This document shows, in pieces, positions 1 through 19,022 of a DNA stretch of 64,000 nt. This DNA is from an uncultured Parachlamydiaceae bacterium. GTDB taxonomy: Bacteria > Chlamydiota > Chlamydiia > Chlamydiales > Parachlamydiaceae. The stretch lies in the NCBI GenBank assembly GCA_963752155.1, contig CAVVXH010000006.1:1-64000 (forward strand), written 5' to 3'. Numbering within the stretch: position 1 is the first letter of the stretch; each line of letters starts with the position of its first letter. The translations under genes and the position numbers were made by a program. Below the pieces are notes generated by a model. That model was not told the origin of the DNA, made no database searches, and worked only from the letters and a program-made list of their open reading frames with translations.

Positions 1-136
1 TGCTGAATTCGCTTCGAAATCGGTCGTTGTGAGCAAATCGGGGACAACTAAATTCTCCCCTGCGAATCATGGCTTCGGCAGGCCGAACGGCACAACTCCG
101 CAGGGTCGGCGCACTCACACCTTGTGAGGTAATATA

Positions 137-634
137 ATGCGTCAGTTTTCAGTACGTTCTGCTCGCAGCATCTTCACTTGTGTTTGTAGCACCGGTTGCA
201 AAATCCGCTGCGCCGGTTGCCACGCCACAGATTTCTATCGGCATCGGCATTGCGCCGGTCTGTCCCTACGGGTATTACGACTACGCGCCCTATAACTGCT
301 CGCCGTATGGCTACTACGGGCCGACTGGTTCAGAGGCGGCGTGTTTTATGGTGCTGGGCCGTGGTTCCACGGGCCGGAAGGGTTCCACGGACACGTGGAC
401 AACCGCTACGACCCGCATCACGGTTACAACGGTCCGATGCCGGGACGCGGTTCGGAGCAGTTCAACCACTTCCAGGGCAATGAGGCCCGCGACGGCCGCG
501 GCAACGCCGTGAAGGAGAACCACGGTGCCGGCGGCGAACACGCTCTTCCAGGCTACCGTGGTGGCGGTGGTGGCGGTGGTCACGCCGGCGGTGGTGGCGG
601 CCATGCCGGTGGCGGCGGTCATCCGCACGAGTAA
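137..634 (+). CDS. Gly/His/Tyr-rich exported hypothetical protein (Acidobacteria-like), split by apparent frameshifts
   Basis: GAGG RBS then ATG at about 137. Fragments 180-512 (PVCPYGYYDYAPYNCSPYGYYGP) and 341-634 (GAGPWFHGPEGFHGHVDNRYDP, Gly-rich tail) join into one coherent protein. High GC. Confidence 0.6.
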
Positions 635-666
635 TCTATTCGACTTGCTAAATGATGTACTTTAGC

Positions 667-700
667 AAAAAGCCCCTCACTGTGAGGGGCTTTTCTTTTA
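667..700. terminator. Bidirectional rho-independent terminator
   Basis: AAAAAGCCCCTCA-CTG-TGAGGGGCTTTT hairpin between convergent genes. Confidence 0.8.
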
Positions 701-1732
701 CTTGCCGATGACGACGATGGAGAACGTTCCGGGCAGCATGGGCGGCCTAGCGGCGCGCGCACCCGGCGCTGCCGCTGGTGCGGGGCCGTACTGGGCTGTG
801 GCGGTAATGATGTTACCGGTCTTGGTGTCGAGCGTGAGCGTCTTGGCGCGCGGCAGGCGTGGTGACGGTCTGCTCGACGGCGAAGCTGGTGGGCGAAGAC
901 TCCTTGATGACGGTGAGCGTGCCGTCGCCCTGGGTGCTGAAGACCTCCATGCGTAGCGGGGTTGAAGACGGCGCCATCGCAGCCGACGCCGGTGGGCAGC
1001 GTGGCGAGGATCTTGCCGTCGGCGGCGTTGAGGATGATCATGTTGTTCTTGTCGCGGCAGGCGGCGAAGAGGATGCCGTTCTCGGTGTCGATGGCGAGAC
1101 CGGCGCAGCCGCCGCCCTTGCTGGAGATGTCGTACTTGCCGGTCATCTTGAGCGTGGCGGTGTCGACGACGGCGATGGCGTCCTTGTCTTCGATGTCGAT
1201 GTAAAGATGGCCCTTGCCGTCGAGTACGGACTGCTCGGCGGCGCCGCCGAGGTCGATGGTGCCGAGGATGGCACCGTCATGCGCGTCGAGCACCGTAACG
1301 TTGGGCGCGGTGTGCGAGAGGATGTAGACGCGGTGCGCGACGGGGTCGGCGAGATAGCCGTCGGGATTGCCACCGGCGTCGATGGTCTTGATGACCTTCA
1401 GGGTCTCCGTGTCGAACATGGTGACCGGCTTGCTGGTGGCGAAGCCGTGGTGCAGCGCGCTATCGATGGCCGCACCGTGCGCGGAGCCGGTTGGCGACTT
1501 CGCCGATAGGCGCGAGGGTGTCCAGATTGTAGACGTGGACCGTGCCTGTGGCACCGGAGCGTGCAATGTAGAGGCGGCGCGCGTCGGAGTCGGCAGTGAC
1601 GTAGTCCCAGCCACCCTCGCCACCGACCTTGTTCGTTTTGAGAACCTTGTACGGGCCGGCCTGGGCGACCGCGAGCGAGGACGCAAGCGCGGGAAGGAGC
1701 AGAGCAAGAAGGATGCGGCAAGAGCTTGTCAT
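698..1732 (-). CDS. YncE/YVTN-family beta-propeller exported protein (frameshifted in this sequence)
   Basis: Signal peptide, then YKVLKTNKVGGEGGWDYVTADSDARRLY; continues in another frame through NPDGYLADP, LGGAAEQ, GLAIDTENGILFAAC, and ends VVIGK*. Confidence 0.8.
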
Positions 1733-1815
1733 AGTGCGGCAAGTATACGACGACCAGCGGCAAGGTTTGATGAACAATAGCTGAGGTCTATCGGCGATCA
1801 AACCATGAAGGCTGT

Positions 1816-2010
1816 CTAGCGCTGGTAGGTGTAGAGGCCGCAGACGCTGGTGGAGTTCGAGATAGCGTCAAGGGTAAAGACGGGCATGCTGGAACCGGAG
1901 AAGAAGGCGAGCTGCAAGGTCTTGCCGGTGACGTAGGTGGCGATCCACTGTGTGTCTTCCGCGCCGCAGAGAGTGCTGCTGTGCAGGAACTTTTTGTTGC
2001 CTGGGATCCG
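1816..2010 (-). CDS. 3' fragment of a high-GC hypothetical gene truncated at the GC junction
   Basis: Manual minus-strand translation: RIPGNKKFLHSSTLCGAEDTQWIATYVTGKTLQLAFFSGSSMPVFTLDAISNSTSVCGLYTYQR*. GC-rich codon usage. Confidence 0.55.
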   Translation of the reverse strand, partial: RIPGNKKFLHSSTLCGAEDTQWIATYVTGKTLQLAFFSGSSMPVFTLDAISNSTSVCGLYTYQR

Positions 2011-2457
2011 GAAGAAAATGCCTTAACCCGTTGGGTTAGGAAATGGGTTAGAGTCACCCCTGAATACCATAACGGAAACTTTTTTATTAAACTTCAGGAC
2101 AAGAATTATGCTACACCATTGCTTATGACACTTCTAGCGGTTGAATTTTCCGATTTAGTCTTCGCCATCGACTCAATTCCTGCCATTTTTGCCATCACTC
2201 TTGACCCCTTCATCGTCTTCACTTCTAATGTATTCGCAATTTTAGGCCTAAGGGCCCTGTTCTTTGCCTTAAAAGCCTCCCTTGAACTTTTTCATTACTT
2301 ACACTATGCTATCGGCATGATTCTTGTATTTATAGGAATAAAAATGCTAGCTGCACCCTGGGTTCATTTTCCCACTAGCGTTACCTTAGGATTCATTGGA
2401 ACAGCTCTAGCCATTGCAATGCTCCTTTCTTATTGGTTTCCAAAAAGAAACCTATAG
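2005..2457 (+). CDS. TerC/Alx family membrane protein, C-terminal part only (5' end lost at the junction)
   Basis: [51 protein letters not shown] TerC signature. Confidence 0.9.
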   Translation, partial: [150 protein letters not shown]

Positions 2458-2471
2458 ATCTATACATAAAT

Positions 2472-3062
2472 TCAATCAATAAATCGAACTCCAAAAACAG
2501 CCTGATAGCAACTCATCAGATGCTCAACACCCTGCTTTGCGCAATGAGGTGTTTTTTCCTCTGGAAGATTGTAAGCTTTAGCAATTTCATTTTTAGACAA
2601 ATTAATACAATCAGGGAAAAGAGATCCTGCATTTTTAGTTTTTTGAAGCAACAAAGCCCAGTACATCGAAGCAAAATCAAGCCAATGATAAGGCCAGTGC
2701 AACTTTTCCTGTGTATAGACATCGACAAGTTGCATGAAAAACCCACGATCAAAAGCTGGATTTTGACAAATAAAAACTGCTTTGCCACGTTCAATTCCTA
2801 AAGATGTATAAATCGAGATAATTTCTTCTGAAACTAGCAAAGGATCCTTGCCAGTAGAAATTTGTTCAAAAGTATACCCGTTAACCAACAAACTTGAAGG
2901 ATCAGAGCGCTCCCAAGCACTTGCAGGCTGCTTAACTAACGTTTGAAAACGATACTTTCGTTGGTAAGTTGTCATGTCGACAATTTCAAAAGCCACATCA
3001 ATCGGACAGTGCCGAGTACAGTCTAGACCAGTCGTTTCTATATCAAGAAATATTGCTTGCAT
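2472..3062 (-). CDS. DEDDh 3'-5' exonuclease (RNase T/DnaQ-like)
   Basis: FLDIETTGLD ExoI motif, QNPAFD ExoII motif, C-terminal H-x4 motif (HCAKQG, degenerate Asp). Confidence 0.8.
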   Translation of the reverse strand: MQAIFLDIETTGLDCTRHCPIDVAFEIVDMTTYQRKYRFQTLVKQPASAWERSDPSSLLVNGYTFEQISTGKDPLLVSEEIISIYTSLGIERGKAVFICQNPAFDRGFFMQLVDVYTQEKLHWPYHWLDFASMYWALLLQKTKNAGSLFPDCINLSKNEIAKAYNLPEEKTPHCAKQGVEHLMSCYQAVFGVRFID

Positions 3063-3085
3063 AGCCAGTATTTGTTTCCCCTCTA

Positions 3086-3259
3086 ATTAAACCTAGAAAC
3101 GGCAGTTGAAGACGATAAATTGACGCAATCTTTTGAGTTAGAATCGCTTCTGATGGGGGGCGCCTTCACCTTTTGGGAATGATCACCCCCCATCAGAAGC
3201 GATTCTAACTCAAAATCTTGCATCACTTTATCATCTTGAACTGCCGTTTCTAGGTTAAA
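3086..3259. repeat. Long palindromic element (family E), arms of about 75 bp
   Basis: AACCTAGAAACGGCAGTTGAAGA...GAGTTAGAATCGCTTCTGATGGGGG pairs with CCCCCATCAGAAGCGATTCTAACTC...TCTTGAACTGCCGTTTCTAGGTT. Confidence 0.9.
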
Positions 3260-3391
3260 AGGCCACTTTACCAAATGAAACAAGATAAGGCAAGACTTAT
3301 TTAAAAAATTTTATGGCTTCAAACTTATATTTGAAAATCGTCAAATACTTCTTCATGTCGCTTTTCAGCTTCACACATCCCCTTGAGCAAA

Positions 3392-3549
3392 TAAACGCAG
3401 AGACGGGGAGGCAGAGAGGCGCAAAGATTTTACTTAAAATCATGTTTCTAATGATCAAATTTTATTGAAAATATAGATAAAATGAAGTTCTCAACATCAC
3501 TAACTAAAAATTCCCTCTGCGTCTCTGCGCCTCCCCGTCTCTGCGTTTA
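3392..3549. repeat. Inverted-repeat element (family F) with AT-rich spacer
   Basis: TAAACGCAGAGACGGGGAGGC pairs with GCCTCCCCGTCTCTGCGTTTA. Confidence 0.85.
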
Positions 3550-3596
3550 CCTTCTTGAATGGTTCTTGAGGGCATTCCTTTTTTTCCCTGCGGGAA

Positions 3597-4712
3597 TTAC
3601 TGATCCTCCCATTCTTTTTTCTGTCTCCCATAATAGTTAAAACCAGCAAAAATTTTACCAAATAAATAACCTATTGTTCTATCTATACTACAATAACCAA
3701 AGAAAGGTCGTGCGGCATAAAATTCTTGTGATAGAGTGAGATTTGGATTATCAATTATTTTAAATTCCCAAAAATTCAAATTTGCAGTCAATTTTAAAAA
3801 TTCAATTGGTAATGTAATTAATTTATTACAAGCAAGATTTAGACTATATAGATTTGTTAATAGTCCAATTTCCGGAGGCAAAGTCTTCAGATTATTACCA
3901 AAAAGGTTCAAAAGGTTCAACTTTGTTAATTGACCAATTTCAGAGGGCAAACCTCCCAATCTATTCTCACATGCCAAGAGAGTTTTAAGGTTTGTTAATT
4001 GACCAATTTCAGCAGGGAAAGAAGTTAGATAATTAAAACTAAGTTTAAGTTCCTTCAACTGATTTAATAAACAAATTTCAAGGGGAAATGTAGTCAAGTA
4101 ACAACAATTTAAAGACAAATATGTCAAATTTGGCATAAATTGCAATAACACAGCTGGGAATGAAGCCAAATACTCGTTACTCGTTTCAAAAATTGTCAGC
4201 GAGGAAAACTCCGCTTGATTTTTCTTACACCAAAATACAAACCTCTCAGATGCATCAATTATTTCTTCACAAGAATTAAAATTGAAAAAGTCTAGATTTT
4301 TCGGATCAATAATATCAGCTGGGGGGGTTTGTGGATGTGTTAAAATTTTCAAACTTACTAAGATGCTTTTAGATTGAATAGCTTTCTGTAAAATATTAAG
4401 ATTTTCTTTTCGAGGTTTTGCAGCAAGTTTGTTCACGTTCTTTTGCATTAATGGATTGAATTCAACTTGACCTATTAAAGGAATATGAGGTATAAAACAT
4501 TCTTTAGCTTGTGCTTTTGTCAAATAAAACTGTTTTTTACTTTTAAATAACAGTTCTACAGCCTCTGCGTTCCAAGACTTGCTAACACGTGACCATTTAT
4601 TCTGCTCAGGTATATCGCTAGAATATAAAATTGTCTTCTTTATTTCTTGTGGAAAACTATCTAAGCTATTTGTTGACATTGAAATAACTCCATTATTTGG
4701 CAATCCATTCAT
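3597..4712 (-). CDS. F-box-like plus leucine-rich repeat protein (candidate effector)
   Basis: N-terminal LDSFPQEIKKTIL...SRVSKSW F-box-like segment; 23-aa LRRs such as LPSEIGQLTKLNLLNLFGNNL. Confidence 0.85.
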   Translation of the reverse strand: MNGLPNNGVISMSTNSLDSFPQEIKKTILYSSDIPEQNKWSRVSKSWNAEAVELLFKSKKQFYLTKAQAKECFIPHIPLIGQVEFNPLMQKNVNKLAAKPRKENLNILQKAIQSKSILVSLKILTHPQTPPADIIDPKNLDFFNFNSCEEIIDASERFVFWCKKNQAEFSSLTIFETSNEYLASFPAVLLQFMPNLTYLSLNCCYLTTFPLEICLLNQLKELKLSFNYLTSFPAEIGQLTNLKTLLACENRLGGLPSEIGQLTKLNLLNLFGNNLKTLPPEIGLLTNLYSLNLACNKLITLPIEFLKLTANLNFWEFKIIDNPNLTLSQEFYAARPFFGYCSIDRTIGYLFGKIFAGFNYYGRQKKEWEDQ

Positions 4713-4965
4713 ACAGTACTCCTCAATTAGTTTTTTTATTGATTTCCTTATATAATATCACTTCTCTAATTTAAAGCATAGGTAAATGGTGAATGTGATT
4801 ACGTTGCTGGACTCAACATAAGAGGTAAGCTAGTACGGTAGTACGGTAGTACGGCTCGGAATGCGTGTCAATTGTCGAGACTTCGTGAACATCAATGAAA
4901 TTGCAGGAAAACAAGCTCAAAATGTCCTGTGAGTTGAATATGTAGATGTAAATGTAGATGTAATC

Positions 4966-5415
4966 AACGATGCAAACGATACAACGATAAGAACGATGAA
5001 AACGATAAGAACGATAAGAACGATAAGAACGATAAAACGATAAAAATTTGTGGAATACTCGGGTCGTCACAGTTTTCTTAAAGATTTCTAGACTAGTCGA
5101 AAAGTCCGCATTGCTTTGCAGTCTTTTCCATTCCAATTTCCTATGCCGGAAATTTACTAACAACCGAAAAACAACAGTTCAGAATGGCGCCCGTCAATTC
5201 ATGATGAGGTAGTTTCTTGTCTTCTTCCATCGTTCTTATCGTTCTTATCGTTCTTATCGTTCCTATCGTTCTTATCGTTTCTATCGTTCTTATCGTTTCT
5301 ATCGTTCCTATCGTTCTTATCGTTCTTATCGTTTCTATCGTTCCTATCGTTCTTATCGTTCCTATCGTTCTTATCGTTCCTATCGTTCTTATCGTTCCTA
5401 TCGTTCTTATCGTTT
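4966..5415. repeat. Inverted pair of 9-bp tandem arrays: (AACGATAAG)x~9 and (ATCGTTCTT/CCT/TCT)x~21
   Basis: Left array 4966-5043 and right array 5229-5415 are reverse complements, separated by about 185 bp of unique sequence. Confidence 0.9.
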
Positions 5416-5609
5416 ATACCGTTGATCTACAGTAGAAACAGAACGTGTCAAGCTCTACTATACTAGGTATTCTTTTTCCCTGCTTCTTCCTAGCAGTCCA
5501 ATTTTCGCCAATGGCATACGTATAAGGAGAATCTTTTCCATTGCTTACTCTAACAGAGTGTTTTTAATTTTCAATGAGAAGCAAATTCTAGTCTAGGGAT
5601 GAACCGACT

Positions 5610-5715
5610 TAGCCTTGGTTCCAGACCTGACATTCTGACATTTGCCCTTCTAAGAGGTCTTGTTTTCGTTTAGGCAAATATCAGAATGTCAGGTCAGGCA
5701 CCAATGGCAAGGCTA
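5610..5715. repeat. Palindromic element family A
   Basis: AGCCTTGGTTCCAGACCTGACATTCTGACATTTGCC pairs with GGCAAATATCAGAATGTCAGGTCAGGCACCAATGGCAAGGCT; at least 6 full copies in the window. Confidence 0.9.
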
Positions 5716-5860
5716 TTTTCAAGATCTAAGAAATTGCACTTATTTGGTTATTACGACTCCACGCAGTTGTTTAGACCACTTAGAGGCTACCCGGCTACAC
5801 TCAACATCGGAATGATGAGCTACAATTTGCGCAATTTCTTAGCTGTTACCATACTCTAAA

Positions 5861-10143
<4,283 letters not shown>

Positions 10144-10150
10144 CTAATTA

Positions 10151-13915
<3,765 letters not shown>

Positions 13916-14078
13916 CCTGAAAGACTCCCTGATATAGCTATATATGAACAAGATTCTATAAATAAGTTTAGATCTACGTCATAAAAGCATAAAGCTAAGA
14001 TGATCAAAAATGATTCAATTTAACGCAATTAGAATGCACTCTTGACCAATCACCTGGTTGAACCATGAGACTATAAGA

Positions 14079-14468
14079 TTAAAGTCCTTTAAGAGTGACT
14101 TTACCGCCAGCATTTTCAAGTTTTTTCTTAATGTCTTCAGCTTCAGCTTTAGGACATGTTTCTTTGAATACTTTAGGAGCAGCCATCGACAAGATCTTTA
14201 GCTTCTTTTAAGCCAAGACCTGTGATTTCGCGAACGACCTTAATGACGCCGATTTTTTTATCAGCAGGAACTTCCGTCAATGTGACTTGGAATTCAGTAG
14301 ACTTCAGCAGCAGCTGCAGCGGGACCAGCAGCAGGAGCTGCGGCAAAGACAGCGAGCAGCAGCAGCTTTAACACCCCACTTTTCTTCCAATAGTTTTTTT
14401 AGCTCAGCCATTTCTAAAACTGTTAATTTGCTGAGCTCTTCAACGAGTTGTTCAGTTTTGTTACTCAC
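14079..14468 (-). CDS. rplL: 50S ribosomal protein L7/L12 (frameshifted)
   Basis: GTG start, [33 protein letters not shown], Ala-rich hinge, [21 protein letters not shown], ends [10 protein letters not shown]. Confidence 0.95.
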
Positions 14469-14507
14469 GGTATTACCTCTTTAATTTTCTAAAATTTGTT
14501 AAAAGAA

Positions 14508-15058
14508 TTATTCTTCATTGTTATCGCTTGGGGCATTTTGATCTGTCGCCCCTTGCATTTATTTTCAAGCAATAAATAACACTTGTCAGAAGAGCATCGA
14601 CAACAGCCAATGTTTGCAGCCATCGGAGCTTCAAATAAGCCGAGCAGTTGAGCTCGCATTTCATCTTTGCCTGGTAGCTGGGATAGCGTTCCACATCTTC
14701 AGCACTGATAAACTTGCCCTTCAAAACGTCCACCCGACGATTTCAATGGCCTTTTCGTTCTCTTGACAAACTTATAGACAGATTTTGTAATTTCTGCAGG
14801 ATCATTCTTTGCAAAGACAAGTCCGATATGTCCATCTAAGATTCAATGGATCAAGATCAATTCCAGCGGCTTCAGCTGCTTTGACGCAAAATACGTTTGC
14901 GCATCACTTCTACATCGCCCCCCAGGGCAGCAATTTGACGGCGAAACTCTCCAGCTTTATTTGCCTTTAAGCCCAAGTATCGCATAATGACAAAAGATGC
15001 AAAATGCCTTAATTTGCTCTTTAATTTCATCTAAAAGGAGTTGTTTTTCTTCTCTCAT
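14508..15058 (-). CDS. rplJ: 50S ribosomal protein L10 (frameshifted)
   Basis: [14 protein letters not shown] start; position between rplA and rplL. Confidence 0.9.
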
Positions 15059-15073
15059 GATTCAACTGCCTCC

Positions 15074-15775
15074 TTACGCTACTATCAAGTTCGCGAAGAT
15101 CAATTTTAAGACCAGGACCCATTGTTGAAGAAAGGACCAAGGATTTCAAATATTGCCCTTTAGCGGAGGCAGGCTTTGCCGTATGAACAGCATTAAGAAA
15201 GGCTCGAATATTTTCCACAAGCTTTTCATCATCAAATGAAAGCTTCCCTACGGCATTATTGATCACGCCATGGCGATCGAGTTTAAATTCGATTTTACCA
15301 CCTTTAAGCTCTTGAATAGCTTTCGCAATATCTGTTGTGACAGTTCCTGCTTTAGGAGTTGGCATCAGTCCGCGAGGTCCTAGAACTTTACCCAATTTAC
15401 CGACATCGCGCATCATGTCGGGTGTGGCAATGACAGCATCAAAGTCTGTCCAACCCCCGTTAACTTTTTCGAATAAGTTCTTCATTGCCCGCATAATCGG
15501 CACCAGCAGCTAAGGCTTCTTTCACCTTATCACCTTTTGCGAAAACGAGAATTCTCATTGTTTTTCCTGTTCCATTCGGTAATGATACAGTTCCGCGAAC
15601 GTTTTGGTCGGATCTGCGAGGGTCAACGCCCAGTTTTAAAGAAACTTCCACCGACTGATCAAATTTGACCGGCGGACATTTCTTTAAAATAGCGATAGCT
15701 TCTTTAACGCTATAGTCTTTATGCGCATCTAGCATTCTTGGCTATCTCCCGAATTCTTTTACTTGGACGACCCAT
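15074..15775 (-). CDS. rplA: 50S ribosomal protein L1 (frameshifted)
   Basis: [58 protein letters not shown]. Confidence 0.97.
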
Positions 15776-15792
15776 AATTGTTATTTCTTTAC

Positions 15793-16215
15793 TCAGTTAA
15801 CTGAGTTCAATTCCCATGGATCGTGCTGTTCCCAGAACGATATTAGTGGCAGCTTCAAGATCTGTTGCATTAATATCTTGCATTTTTTCTTCTGCAATTT
15901 TACTTGCTTGACTCGTGTGATTTTGCCGACTTTATCGCGGTTAGGAACAGCGGATCCTTTCGCAATCCCAGTGCTTTTTTCAGCATTTCGGCAACAGGGG
16001 GTTTTTTGCATATAAATGTAAATGATTTATCTGATAAACAGTGATCACAACAGGAAGAATATCTCCCGCCATCGCTTGTGTTTTGGCATTAAATTCTTTA
16101 CAGAACGCCATAATATTGACGCCTGCTGCACCAAGGCTGGTCCAATTGGCGGCGCTGGGTTGGCTTTTCCTGCAGGAATTTGCAACTTAATAAATTTAAC
16201 AATTTTTTTTGCCAT
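15793..16215 (-). CDS. rplK: 50S ribosomal protein L11 (frameshifted)
   Basis: [42 protein letters not shown]. Confidence 0.95.
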
Positions 16216-16267
16216 TTTCCATATTCTCCTCAAATTGCTCTAGACTTATCAGTCTTAGATCTTAAAA

Positions 16268-16818
16268 TTATACAGATGTCTTTTCTTCTGTAATTTCTTC
16301 GACTTGGCTAAATTCGAGATCATCGACACGGGTATCTCGTCCAAAAATCGAAACCAATACACTAAAGCGTCCTTTATCATGGAATACTTCAGTAACTGTT
16401 CCGATAAAGTTAACAAAGACTCCATCGATAATTTTGACGCGATCGCCGACTTCAAATTTATGTTTTTGGTGACTTTTTCTTTTTTATCTTCGAGATCTCT
16501 GAGAATTTCATCGACTTCTCTTCTGAGATAACGGTGTTGGTTTATCTCCGCCCAGAAAATCAATGACTCCAGCTGTATTCTTGACATATACCCACGATTC
16601 ATCATTCAGATTCATTTAACTAGGAGATATCCAGGCCACAAACGTTTTTCAACAATATTTTGCTGTCCTTTTTTCACTTCTGAAACATTTTCGATAGGCA
16701 AAAGGACATCTGTCAATAAAATCGGTCATCCCTTTTAGTTCGCGTTGTTCTTCGATGGCTTTTTTAACTTTTTTTTCGTGAGTCGGACAACGACTTGCAC
16801 AACATACCACTTATGCAT
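16268..16818 (-). CDS. nusG: Transcription termination/antitermination factor NusG (frameshifted)
   Basis: MHKWYVVQV start, EKRLWPGYLL, KOW region, VSIFGRDTRVDDLEFSQVEE. Confidence 0.92.
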
Positions 16819-16867
16819 TATTTCTCCGCATTAGCACTCTTAAATCAGATATAAACTTATATCTGCT

Positions 16868-17122
16868 TAATCAAAAACAAAACGAACACACTCCCAAGTG
16901 AGATGCAATAGCACTCTGAATAGCTAAATCCACACAATAAATGCCTATTCCAAAAACAAATGTCGCTCCTACGACAATCTTTGTATAGAACTTAAGTTCT
17001 TCTTGGCTAGTCCAATTGATTTTCTTAAATTCATCCTTAATATCTTCCAACAAATTCGAACAGTGTCCTAACTGTCTTACTGAGTTTCGCTTTCAGCGAG
17101 GACTGGTTTTCTTTACTTCCAT
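16868..17122 (-). CDS. secE: Preprotein translocase SecE (frameshifted)
   Basis: IKDEFKKINWTSQEEL plus TM segment; lies between tRNA-Trp and nusG. Confidence 0.9.
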
Positions 17123-17209
17123 AACTTTCTATACTTCCACTGTCTTGATCTTGCCATCTACACATCTTTGACGTCTTTATCAGGAACTTCAAATGGTAAT
17201 CGCTTACAA

Positions 17210-17282
17210 CGAGTGCGGAGGGATTCGAACCCCCGACCGGCGGCTTTGGAGACCGCTGCTCTACCAGCTGAGCTACACACCC
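17210..17282 (-). tRNA. tRNA-Trp (CCA)
   Basis: GGGTGTGTAGCTCAGCTGGTAGAGCAGCGGTCTCCAAAGCCGCCGGTCGGGGGTTCGAATCCCTCCGCACTCG cloverleaf; 3' CCA not encoded. Confidence 0.97.
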
Positions 17283-17378
17283 ATTAATACGATACACTTG
17301 AACTCATTTCTGATTCAAAGACATAGCAATCTGTTACAAAGATCTGCAATGCTTATCCTGAGTACTCACTGCTATTCA

Positions 17379-18566
17379 TTACTTAATGATTTCGGAAACA
17401 GTTCCGGCACCGATAGTACGGCCACCTTCACGGATCGCAAAACGCATCCCTTTTTCCATAGCAACAGGAGCAATCAAGTTCAACAGTGATTTCAACGTTA
17501 TCGCCAGGCATCACCATCTCAACACCTGCTGGCAAGTTCAACTGTTCCAGTAACGTCTGTTGTACTGAAGTAGAGCTGAGGACGGTATCCGGTGAAGAAA
17601 GGCTTATGACGTCCGCCTTCTTCTTTTGTCAAAACGTAAACAGGGCCTTTAAATTCGGTGTGTGGAGTGCAGGTTCCTGGAGCAGCAAGAACCATTCCGC
17701 GTTCAACATCTGTCTTTTTCAACACCGCGTAGAAGAATACCGACGTTTTCCCCTGCACGAGCTTCATCAGAGTTTTATTAAACATTTCAAGACCAGTCGC
17801 AACTGTATCTCGTGTATGGTCCAAGACCAACGAGTTGGAGTTTATCGTTGATTTTAACGATTCCGCGCTCAACACGTCCTGTGGCTACAGTTCCACGGCC
17901 GGAAATGGAGAACACGTCTTCAATTGGCATTAGGAAAGGCTTATCAACTTCACGTGCAGGAGTTGGAATCTTTTCATCGACTGTTTTCATCAGTTGTTTG
18001 ATGCTTCAACATACTTAGGATCGCCTTCAAGAGCTTTCAAAGCAGAACCTCTGATGATCGGCACATCTTTGTAGCCTTTAGATTCGAGCAGTTCATGCAG
18101 TTCCATTTCAACGAGGTCAAGAAGTTCTTGATCGCTTTCGCCAAGCATATCGACTTTGTTGAGGAACACGACGATAGCAGGCACTTGCATCTGGCGAGCA
18201 AGCAAGATGTGTTCGCGTGTTTGAGGCATAGCACCATCTGTTGCAGCAACAACGAGAATAGCGCCGTCCATCTGAGCAGCACCTGTGATCATGTTTTTGA
18301 CATAGTCGGCGTGGCCTGGGCAGTCGACGTGTGCATAGTGACGTGTTGTCTGTTTCATATTCAACGTGAGTTGAGTTGATCGTAATCCCGCGTGCTTTTT
18401 CTTCAGGTGTATTGTCGATAGAGGCATAATCTCTGAATTTTGCTCCGCCTGTTTCTGCAAGAACTTTAGTGATTGCTGCAGTCAGTGTCGTTTTACCATG
18501 GTCAACGTGACCGATGGTTCCGATGTTGACGTGTGGCTTTTTCCGCTGAAATGTTTCTTTTGCCAT
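17379..18566 (-). CDS. tuf: Elongation factor Tu (multiple apparent frameshifts)
   Basis: [61 protein letters not shown]. Confidence 0.98.
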
Positions 18567-18623
18567 TTTACTTCCTCCGTTAGCTCCAGTATACTTATTT
18601 TATTGTTTGTTATTGTTCTTTTC

Positions 18624-18695
18624 TGCCCAGAATAGGAATTGAACCTACGACCGCTTGCTTACCATGCAAGTGCTCTACCACTGAGCTATCTGGGC
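18624..18695 (-). tRNA. tRNA-Thr (GGT)
   Basis: GCCCAGATAGCTCAGTGGTAGAGCACTTGCATGGTAAGCAAGCGGTCGTAGGTTCAATTCCTATTCTGGGCA. Confidence 0.95.
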
Positions 18696-18803
18696 AATTA
18701 TCTTTTAAATGTATTCGACCCATGAGGCTCAGGAACACGTCAGTATAGATTGTCTGCTAAAGTATAGAATCAAAAAAAATCAACATTCATTGTTTTTTTA
18801 GCA

Positions 18804-19022
18804 CTATCTTTGCCGGAAAGTAATACGTGCTTTTGTTAGATCATAGGGCGACATTTCTACTGTCACAATATCTCCGACAAGCACACGAATATTTTTCATC
18901 CGCATTTTACCGCATAGATGGGCATTTACTTGCATCCCATTTTGCAATGCAACTCGGAAAGTCATATTGGGCAATAACTCTTCAACGGTGCCTTCAAGTT
19001 TAATTGTATCTTCTTTTGCCAT
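18804..19022 (-). CDS. infA: Translation initiation factor IF-1
   Basis: [24 protein letters not shown]...[18 protein letters not shown]. Confidence 0.98.
   Translation of the reverse strand: MAKEDTIKLEGTVEELLPNMTFRVALQNGMQVNAHLCGKMRMKNIRVLVGDIVTVEMSPYDLTKARITFRQR

Noticed and set aside
702..1780. Plus-strand ORFs 702-956, 859-1509, 962-1204, 1367-1780
   Set aside because: Antisense shadows of the YncE gene in high-GC DNA
1..2005. Horizontally acquired high-GC island
   Set aside because: Genes on both sides are cut mid-frame at a GATC site with no mobility features; an artefactual chimera is more parsimonious
5217..5435. ORF of IVL/IVP/IVS triplets (also 4813-5163)
   Set aside because: Translation artefact of the 9-bp arrays; no RBS or evidence of coding
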